Source: Camelus dromedarius (Eukaryota). Taken from it: DNA of 64,000 bases. A program made the position numbers and the translations under genes. Below, piece by piece: positions 53,897 to 64,000 of the stretch (the stretch's first letter is position 1; each line of letters begins with the position of its first letter). The DNA is taken from positions 36,706,001 through 36,770,000 of the forward strand of contig NC_087437.1 of the NCBI RefSeq assembly GCF_036321535.1, read 5' to 3'. The notes beneath the pieces are model-generated. The model searched no databases and was not told the DNA's origin. It saw only the letters and a program-made list of their open reading frames with translations.

Positions 53897-53897
<1 letters not shown>

Positions 53898-53951
<54 letters not shown>
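53898..53951. repeat. (TAT)18 microsatellite
   Basis: Directly visible. Confidence 0.95.
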
Positions 53952-53952
<1 letters not shown>

Positions 53953-56171
53953 GATTATTGTGTATACAGTCCTTATAGCTTAATTTAAATATCTGTGTTG
54001 GAGATAACAAGATCATCAGACTGTATGAAGATTAAATGAAATATTGCTTTAAAATAATCATAAGGGAGTCTTAGTATCTAGTATTTTGATTCAATAGTAG
54101 CCTTACTAACAGCATATGTAGTGTAAATCTATTCATTTTATTTTCAGTATTTCTTGATTCACCTTTTTGTAAAATATATATATATGTATTTTATATATAT
54201 ATGTTATATATATATAATATATGTATACATTTTAATCTCTCCCCTAGGATTATTTAAAATAAAATTACTTACTCCAGGTGAATTTTCTCCATGTAGTATT
54301 AAATCCAACCCAGACCTCAGTCTTAAACTTCCTGCTTCTGTCCTCATGGCTATGGGACATTCTTGATTTCTAGAGCAATTAAGCTTTTCTATTCTTTCTC
54401 ATTTTTGTCAGACAGATCATGATTTCACAACCTGTATCCTAGAGTAAATAAGAACTTCTAGATGGATCAAAGCAGTTATAACTTAGAAACCTCTAATTTT
54501 CACCAAGTTCTTACCTACATGATTTACTTATAGGGCATATAGGCTTAGGCTCTGTCTAAAAAAACCTACATGTATCTCCACATCTAGCTCAGATATTCCC
54601 ATCTTTCATTCTTGCACATTTCATATCATCTCACTTTTCAGTGCCAGCTGCTGTGGAATAATCTTGGACCCATTGTGCACTTATAATGAGAAATTCAGAA
54701 ACGAAAATCAATACTGGAAGAAAACTATAGATCAATGTTGAAAAATCCCTATTTGTGCCCTTCATACATATCTTTTAGCCTTTTCAACTTCCACATCAGC
54801 TGGCCATTAAAAAATCAAAAGTTCTCAAGGAGCAGAAGCATATTTTTATATTGATCCCTTATCTTTTACAGAGTTATGTCTCTCATTCTAATATTGATTT
54901 GTAAGACTGACATTTCCTTCCCCCCCTTGGCATTCCTGTTTCCTTTTGCCTTAGACTTTGCTTTCTTCTGGTTCTTCCCATCTCCTTGGTTTCTCTCTTA
55001 AAATCTGGACAAATGTTTAATTTAAGATATATTATATATATCTATATATATACACAATAGATTCCTTTAAAATTCTATGAATATGTTTTAAAATCCCATG
55101 CTTTTAGGTGGAAAATATATTACCTGGCTGTAACCATCTTGGCTGTGAGATGCAGAGATGACTCAGATGTAGAGAGTTCTCTGGGTGGGGAGGGGATGAA
55201 TATTATTGGCACATACTCAGGTAGCACATCAGATACAGCCTGGAACTCTGATGGTGGCCAATCTACCACAGCCCATGCTCTGAGACAGACTGAGAGCCCA
55301 TTCAGGCCCCAACTGCCCTGCAATATGGATCCACAGCAGGCAGGTATGTCAGAGGCTGGGGGGAGTTGTAGGCTGTGAGGCTAAAAGAGGCTAAGAGGCT
55401 TCATCAGAGCAGGGTATGGGCAACAATTGCTGGTGCATGCACAGGTGGTACATAGGGGCAGCTCAGCCCTGTCCGTGGCTGACCCACCAGAGCCCATGCT
55501 CCACCATGAGCTAAGAGCTTACACATGCCTCACTTGCTTCAGCACTGCTCCCCTGCTGGGGGAGGGCAAAGTACACAAACAGGGCACAGAGCCAGCTCAA
55601 GCCTGACACTCATGGCTTCTGTCCCAGCAACTTGGGATCTGACCTCCCCTCCAATAGGGTGGTGATGGCCACTGAGCAGAGGGGAAGCCTCACCACACCC
55701 AGCTCGAGCCCTAGCCCCTTTATCTCCAGCCCCACCTGTTACCCAGGTAAGAGCTACCAGTAAACCCTGAAGAAAGATGTGACTGTGTCCATGCCAAATC
55801 TAGCTCTCCAACCAAAGACACTGGGTATAAGCAGTCTGTATAGGGATGCTCCCTCATAAGGACACCTTGAAGACATCAATAAGTAACTATTTCACATAAA
55901 TTCATAGAGATAGAGAAAGTTAAGCAAAATGAAAAGACAGAGGAACTAGTCTCAACTGAAAGAGCAGGAGGAAATCCCTGAAAAAAAAATCATAAAACCG
56001 AAATAAACAACTTAACAGTTAAAGAATTCAAAGCACTAGTACTAAGAATGCTAACTGAATTAAAGAAAAGAGTAATTGAACACAGAATTTTAACAAGGAA
56101 TTAGAAAATATAGAAAAAGACGCAATCAGAAATGAAGAATTTAATAACTGAAATTAAAAAACACATTAGAA

Positions 56172-56264
56172 AAAAAAACTAACTGAATCACTGTGCTGTA
56201 CACCAGAAACTAACACAATATTGTAAATCAACTATACTTCATTTTAAAACATTAAATTAAAAAA
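56172..56264 (+). mobile_element. Very short L1 3'-terminal insertion inside L1 ORF1
   Basis: actgaatcactgtgctgtacaccagaaactaacacaatattgtaaatcaactatacttca followed by an A-tail. TSD aaaaaacacattagaa (56156-56171) / aaagaacacactagaa (56265-56280). Confidence 0.85.
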
Positions 56265-56949
56265 AAAGAACACACTAGAAGGAATAAATAGCAGGCTAAG
56301 TAACTCAGAAGAATTCATAAGTGATCTGGAAGATAGAAAAATGGAAATCACCCAAACAGAACGGTTAAAAGAAATTTTAAAAATGAGAGCAGTTTAGGAA
56401 ATCTCTGGGATAATGTTAAGAGTACCAACATTTGCATTATAGAAGTCTCAGAAGGAGAAGAGAAAGGGATTGAAATGTATGTGATGAAATCATGACTGAA
56501 AATTTCCCAAACATGAAGAGGAAAATAGATACCCAGGTACAAGAAACACAAATGGTCCCAAACAAGATGAACACAAATAGACGCACACCAAGACATACTA
56601 TAATTAAAATGCTGGAAGTTACAGATAAAGAGAAGTCAAAATTCATTAAGAGAAAAACAGAATCATATACAAGGGAACTCCCATAAGGTTATCAGCTGAC
56701 TTTTCTGCAGAAATGTGCAGGCTCAAGGGGAGTGGCATGATACATTCAAAATGCTGAAAGAGAGAAACCTGAAACTAAAAAAAATTTTTAATAAAATATT
56801 AAATTGATTCCAACAATATACAAAAAGGATCATACACTATGATCAAATGAGATTTATTCCAGGGTTACAAGAATTGTATAATATTGACAAATCAATCAAT
56901 GTGATTGATACACCATATTAATGAAAGGAAGGATAAAAATCACATGATC

Positions 56950-57078
56950 GGGGGAAGGGTATAGCTCAGTGGTAGATTGTGTGTTTAGCATGCATGAGGT
57001 CCTGGGTTCAATCCCTAGTATCTCTGTTAGACAGGTAGATAGATAGATAGATAAATAAATAAATTTAATTACCCCCCC
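56950..57078 (+). mobile_element. tRNA-Ala-derived camelid SINE nested in L1 ORF2
   Basis: A box tagctcagtgg, B box gggttcaatccc, (AGAT)n/(AAAT)n tail. Perfect 13-bp TSD aaatcacatgatc at 56937-56949 and 57079-57091. Confidence 0.95.
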
Positions 57079-60000
57079 AAATCACATGATCATCTCAAGA
57101 GATGCAGAAAATGCATTTGATAAAATTTAACATTCATTCATGATAAAACTGTCATCAAAGTTGGTATAGAGGGGATATATCTCAACATAAAGCTATTTAT
57201 GACAAGCCCACGGTTAACATCATGCAAAACAGTGAAAAGTTGAAAGTCTTTCTCTAAATTCAGGAACAAGACAAAGATGTTTACTCACACCATTTCTATT
57301 TAATATAGTATTAGAAGCCCTAGCCACAGCAATCAGACAAGAAGAAGTAAAAGGCATCCAGATTGGAAGGGAAAAAGTAGAACTGTCACTATTTGCAGAT
57401 GACATGATACTATATATAGAAAACCCTAAAGTCACCACAAAAGAAATATTAGAACTAATAAATGAATTCAGCAAGTTTGCAAGATACAAGATTAATATAC
57501 CGAAATCTGTTGTGATTCTATGAACTAATAATGAAATATCAGAAAGTGAAAGCAAAAAGCAATCCCATTAAAAAATCACATCAAAAAGAATCAAATACCT
57601 AGGAATAAATCCAACTAAAGAGGCTAACCTCTAAAGGCCTATAGTCATAAAATTATAAGATGACAAACAAAGAAACTGAAGATGACAAAGGCTGTGCAGA
57701 CACTCTTTGAAATAAACTGTAGCAATATTTTTGGATGTCTCCTAAGACAAAAGAAATAAAAGCAAAAATAAACAAAGGGACCTAATTAAACTTAAAAGCT
57801 TTTGCATAAGGAGAGCCATCAAGAAAATGAACAAGCCCTTCTGAATGGGAGAAATGTTTGCAAGTGATATGACCAATAAGAGGTTAATATCCAAAATACA
57901 TAAACATCTGATATAACTCAATATTAGAAAAACAAGCAATCTAATTAAAAAATGGGCAGAAGACCTGAATAGACATTTTCCAAAGAAGAAATACAAATGA
58001 CTAACTAGCAAAAGAAACGATGCTCAACATCACTAATTATTATTGAAATGCAAATCAAAATAATAAGATAGAACCTCACACCTCTCAGAATGGCTATAAT
58101 TAAAAAGTCTACAAGTACCAAAAGTTGACCAGATGTGGAGAAAAGGGAACCTTTATACGCTGTTGGTGGGAATGTAAATTGGTGCAGCCACCATGGAAAA
58201 CAAAATGGAGGTTCCTCAAAAAACTAAAAATAGAACTACCATAGGACCCAGCAATTCTACTCTTGGGTATATATCTGAAAAAAACCCAATAACACCAATT
58301 TGGAAAGATATATGCACCACCCCAGTGTCCATAGCATCACCATTTACAATAGCTAAGATACGGAAGCAATCTAATAGTCCATCAATAGATGAATGGATGA
58401 AGAAGTGATACACACACACACACACATGCACATACACACTGGAATATTACTCTGGCATAAAAAGAATGAAATTCTGCCATTTGAAACATTGTGGATGGAT
58501 ACTGTGCTTAGTGAAATAAGTCAGAGAGAGAAAGACACTCACTCACTTATGTGTGGAATCTAAAAAAAAAAAAATATAGCATCTACTGTTATTAAAAATG
58601 TATATGATCATATAATAGCTAATTTTATATAATTTTAATTTATCTATATGCTAGGAATACATTTCCATGCTAATATAAATTTTATAAAACAGTATCTACT
58701 ATACCACTGTATCTCAGAATAAACTATTTTTGAAATGTTTAAAATTCAGTTTTTTTGTAGTTCTTTATACAATCTTTTGTACATTGGCTACTATTAGTCA
58801 AAAACAACACAAGCTGTCTCCTTGGGGAATATTAAGTTATTTCAGTATACACTCGATATATATACATACATTTTTTATTTTGAATGCTATTTATGCCAGG
58901 TCTTTACAAGAGAGTCAGAACCTGATCAAGAAGTAAAACCTATTCTTTAAATTTTACCATTTCTACCTATTGAGCTGTCAGAGAACAGTTTCATGTTGAG
59001 AAATACTTTCGGATAAAACTATCTCCTTATCTCCATGTAGACATTCTGTTACTCTTAGTGAAAAAAAATAATTTTTAACTTAGAAATTATGCTCACATAA
59101 AATTCATCTGGAATATTTTTAAATCCTAAAACAAGGTTGAGCAAATTATTACATCTTTATATTCATATTTAAATCAAAATACTGTTAAAATGCATAAAAT
59201 TGAATGGATTTTAAAGAAAAAGACTAACCTAGAAATGGAAATAAAATTTGCATCTGTAATTGCTAATGTTCATGAACACCGCATAGTGTCTACAGGCCAC
59301 TTTATCTGAGGTTCAATGGAAGCTGCCAAGAAGTTAAGTTATGGCATTTGTTATCACTATGTATATGTATTTATACTAAGTATTTTCCAAATGTTCACAG
59401 CAAAGCAATTTAGCCAATTTTCTCCATTTTAGAAGCAGAAAATTAGTTTATTCTAATTATTAACTTCTTATGTTAGTGGTATAAGAGATAAAAGAAGAAT
59501 AACTAAATTGGTTTAGTATTTAGTGAGCACAGTGAAACAATTCAAGTGGAAGTAGTTTTCTGTGCAGGATGAGAAACACATGGAAAATTACTGTGGAATA
59601 CAAATTTGGAAGATTATAAATCAATTTAAAGGATATCTGATTAGTTTGTCAAAAGGTTTAGAGAGTATGGTAGAGAACCAGAAAATATGAATAAGATCAA
59701 ACTTCTTATGTGTGTGTATATGTGTGAAACTTTCTTACTAAGTTTATTTCTGTAACCTCTGAAAATTAAACAAAAAATACCTAAAAGTTTCTATATTAAG
59801 ACTTCGACTATAACAAAGCTTTTATTCTTTCTGTATACTCTTCCTTGTTTTCTTCAGTGTTTCCAGCTCATTCAAAGATTTTATATTCCACTGCTGTTTT
59901 GCAATGTATTGTGAATGTTTCTGAAATCTGTTACAAACATCAAATTCATTTTTATTCAGTGAAATTCAATTTGTTTGAAGTTGCATTCAGTTTTAAGAAC

Positions 60001-60103
60001 CATGATCAGAGATTTATAAAATTTTATGTGTTTCCAAGTTACTTGGTCCAGAATGCCAAATTTGAATTACACTTGATATCTTAAATCTCACTTGTTAAAA
60101 GTT

Positions 60104-60718
60104 ACATCAGTCGGGGTCCGTTCAAATGTCATAAATCATATCAATAACCCAAAGAGGGAAATTTTAATATAAAGAATTACTAACTAGTAACAGGGGTAGT
60201 AAAAGTGTCAAGAGGCTGGAGAACTCTGAAGAACACGGGAATAGTAGAAGTAGGGAGCAGCCACTATCCGTGGCATTGATGAATACTAAAGAAAGAAGCA
60301 AACTTGAAAGAAAAGGAGCTGTCTATACACACGCATGCGCATGTACACACACAGGCATATATTGCAGAGGATGGGGCCCTGGTTCCTTGATGGTGAAAAT
60401 TTGAGGAGGTGCTGTAGTTAACAGGCAACAAACCCCAAGGTGAGTGCTGATGAAACTCACTGGGAAGCACTCATAGGGCTGCCTGTGAGATTTGCTGGGA
60501 AACCATTACATGAGCAGCACATTTTAGGAAAAAACAGAAAAGAACTGGAACAGGAAAAGCCCCTTCCTTTGAAGTGTCCCTCCACTGCCCTCTACTGACA
60601 GAACCTGACATTGCGGCAGCTGACGAAGGAAAAAGATTTAAAGGGCTCAGTTCCAGTATCCTAAAGCAGGGAAAAGAAGCATGGATTTGGAACTGAGAGG
60701 CAGCTGATAACTGGCATA
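60104..60718 (-). mobile_element. LTR41-like ERVL solo LTR
   Basis: gtgtccctccactgccctctactgaca..gcagctg..aaggaaaaagatttaaagggc..ggatttggaactgagaggca..tgataactggcata matches antisense LTR41 as recalled. The other end is atcagtcggggtcc. Confidence 0.75.
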
Positions 60719-63700
60719 GAAGTAAAGAATGGAAACTAAGCAGTTAATTATAGTGTATTTGTGGGAATGCACCAGCCGTTTGGTTTGGTTTTAGTTTTTG
60801 TATTGAGGCATTTGCTATGGGTTTTAATGTTATTGTTGGCCCCCTTTTTAAAGAAAATTTCAATGTGTGAGAAATAGTAAGCTATTTGAACACATTTATT
60901 TTAAAATGAAAGTAATGAACTCTCTTCTATATAAGCATATACATTTTAGGGTTATGTTGCACTTTATCATACATTATTATATCAAATCTGTGTTGAATGC
61001 ATTCTTATCCTTGTTTTCCTGATGAGGAAAACATAGTTTATGGAAGTAAAATAACTGCCCAGTTGTTAACGGGCAGAGTTAATACTTAGAAACAAACAAA
61101 AGTGTCTCTCTAGATTCAGGGTTCCTGCTGCCTCTCTTGATCATGACGATTTTTTGTTTCATCCGTGAAATTTCTGATGCTCAGTGACTTTCTCATGCTC
61201 AATGACTTTCTCATGCTCAACTGTTAGAGGAAGATGCATTAATATGAGAGCTCAGACTGCTGGCTCCTTGTTTATGTCTTTTGTTATTATCTCTTCCATT
61301 CCTCAAACACTGTTAGTGGTGTTTATGTGAAAGAAACAGAAGAAGAAGGGTAAAGAGACCAATATGAAAATACTCGGCATAATTTTTTTAAAAATTACAG
61401 CTTTTTTACAGCCATGAGTGGGCTATGTGTATTGAGTATCTATAAAAGTTGCAGAGTTAACGTTCTATAAATAATATTCTTTGGAGCAAAGTTTGAGCCT
61501 TTTTAAACCAGATCTGACGTAACCTGTTTGACACTAAAACTGAACAGTAGAATAATAAGCATTATCTACAAATAGGAGCTACTGAAATATTTATATTTTT
61601 GATTCAGAGTGAAGTAAGATCTACCAGTACTGATTGCTGGCTCCATGTTTACAGTTCTTCAAAATATTCACTACAACAACAATAAAAATTTTTAAAATGC
61701 CACCTTAAAAACAAACATTAAGTTTCATCCAACTTAAAAATAGAAAATAGAAAATGCATTTCTATGAATCAAGGATTAATTGTCGAGTACATAAAAGAGG
61801 ATTGTGCATTAGAATTTGTGGCAAAAATTATTGTAGGAGAAATTCAATTTCTCATTGCAACTCTGTTTATGTTACTCATTAGAAATTTAGGTTTTTCATA
61901 TATGTTGCTTCCTTTAGGCTTTATTCTATCACTAATTTATTTTCATCATTTTTTCTCATTTATAGAACCCAATCTTCCATGTTAATATACTTTCTTCAGT
62001 CAATGGGTTTTCTTTTAGTGGAAATAGAACCTGAAATTATTTTTACTTTAGTGTGGTTATATATTTAAATTACATATTTAGCTTAACATTTTTCTATTCA
62101 AACTTCTCATTATGACCGTCCATGATCTACCCTGTCTATCTCATTTCTTATTACCATCAGCCACAGGCACTAGAATCCTGCCAAAAAGACTATTTTTTTT
62201 TTTTTAAACATAAAAGCCTTTCACCCCTAGGGCTTAGATACACTGTTTTCCGCTTCTGGAATGATCTTACTTCAACACTTTATATAACTGGACCCTTCTC
62301 ATTTTGAAGTTTCAGATTAAATATCATCTTCTAGAAAGTAGATCCTTGCTATTACAGTAGAGGGGAAACATACAAGCAAAAAAAAAAACCCCAATCCCGC
62401 CATTCTTGGATTTTTGTCTTTTTCTCTTTTATCATCCAATTCTTTTAAAACAAAAATATTTTCCCTTTTATTTCAAGTACTTTGGGGTCTGAAAAAAAAT
62501 CTTATTACAGTGAAAGACATACTGTATCAAAAGTAGAACTAAAATAATTGAGAAAATGTGGTTCAAAGAAATATTTATAATAGATACACAGATGTTCTGA
62601 CACGATTTTTACATCTTATTGTTTTTTCAGTGATTAGTAGAAAGACAGGTAACATTATGCAATTAACTTGTTCTGTGCCTTTGGAAACAGGTCATCCAAA
62701 TTTGCTAATTTGAATATGTTCACATATTCAAGTATTCCCCTCCTTGTGTTTTGTCAATAGCAATTTTTGCAAAGTTGTCACTATTTCCCAATTTTTTCTC
62801 ATTTTTCTTATTAAAAATGAGTTGTATGACTAGTTTCAGTAGCTCAGACATTTTGGAGCCATTAATTTCAAGTCCCTCCTTATTAGTTAGATGCCTATTT
62901 TTATATCATTGCTTATCCCCTAATGAATTCAAAACAGTTCATATTTTTTTACCCATTCTTCCAACACAGAACTTTTACTCTTTTTATTTATTTTATGCTT
63001 GAAAGCTTTTCTGTCTACTCTTTTTTGCTGTAGTTAAGAATGTATCCTTCTTAACCTTAAAAATTTAGTTGAATCTTTGGTAAAAATATCTTCTTATTTA
63101 TAGCCACAGCCTAGCAGCAGTTGGGAAAAATGGAAGGATAGGTGTTCACGTGCTCTTTTAACAAATAAGTTCATTAACATTTAGAGTTTGTCAGCAGAGA
63201 TTCACTGACTTGATTATTTGTTGAAAACAAAACTCAAGTAAAGAAAAAAATCCAAAGATTGCAAATGGCAGTAAGGAAAAATAATTTTTGGTCTAATCTA
63301 GGTTTATGATAGAATCTATCTGAATTGGATAAATACACAGCTAGAAAAACAAATAAATAACTGTTGACTGTGTAATGCCCTCTCCCAAGAATCCATGAGT
63401 TGCTGAATCCTTAAGAACCAGCTGCAATATATCCCACATACCCACTTTATAAAGCAATATTCTCTTAGGTCTTAGCAAAAAGTTTGATTCTAGCCAAGTA
63501 TGAAATAAATGAAGAGAATAAGTACTGACCACTTAATTACTAGCATATGGAATGATTATGTTTCAGCTCATATTTTTTTCCTATTCCTTTTTTATCCTAT
63601 TCATAATCTTACATGTGTTCTTATTATTGTTTTTTAAGGAAAATGATTCAGAAACTCTAATGCCAGTACTGCCTTCTGCTCTATAAATATTTCTATTCGC

Positions 63701-64000
63701 TACACTATGTGAGGCAATAACAAAGTCTTTCATATCTACATATGTATATAAATTTCATAAATTTATGACTGAACTTTTAGTATATGAGATGCAGTTGAGC
63801 TCTGAGAATGAAAACTGTCTTAATTGGTACCTTTCTGTGAGTCTGTGACCTAATCAATTTAGCTTTAATTTACCACCACTGTGCCTTCTTCTTGATAATT
63901 TTTCTTCATATATTTTGAAGAAATATCTACCATAAAATATATTGTGGTAATTTTTTTATTTTGATTTTTATTCATTTATTTTTGTGTTTTCATTTAAGAT

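Larger units (their letters stand above)
55120..58574 (+). mobile_element. Internally deleted LINE-1 (5' UTR part, ORF1 from 55929, ORF2 fragments, partial 3' UTR) carrying two nested insertions
   Basis: The UTR is homologous to 34200-34570. ORF1 motifs MKRQRN..QLKEQ and MTENFPNM..DTQVQETQMVPNKMN..RRTPRHTIIKM. ORF2 motifs HMIISRDAENAFDKI and [16 protein letters not shown]. Ends gtggaatctaaaaaaaaa. Left boundary approximate. Confidence 0.92.

Noticed and set aside
61178..61220. Short tandem duplications (18-bp unit here; 14-bp at ~14983-15011; 10-bp at ~28163-28187)
   Set aside because: Ordinary slippage products with two copies and no spacers; not CRISPR-like or functional arrays.
1..64000. 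Inferring a host gene orientation from retroelement strand bias
   Set aside because: LTRs lean to the minus strand while most L1 sequence is on the plus strand. The signals conflict and the counts are small.

Overview
AT-rich, CpG-poor mammalian genomic DNA, either intergenic or deep intronic. It is most likely camelid (Camelus/Vicugna/Lama), judged from three copies of a tRNA-Ala-derived SINE of the camelid vic-1 type. I recognise no host protein-coding gene or RNA gene. The longer ORFs in the track are either decayed LINE-1 ORF1/ORF2 fragments or chance ORFs. The window is a layered record of transposons: a young 5'-truncated L1 with a perfect 17-bp target-site duplication (TSD), two composite/nested L1 loci (31.8-36.2 kb and 55.1-58.6 kb), a cluster of solo LTRs plus an ERVL pol remnant at 8.7-23.2 kb, and older L1M, L2, MIR, MaLR and hAT relics. 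It also holds an exact 127-bp tandem duplication and several microsatellites. A few unique stretches have exon-like splice signals or TF motifs, but the sequence alone cannot validate them. I could not support a novel biological system. Repeat family names come from recalled consensus sequences, not a database search, and boundaries of old repeats are approximate.
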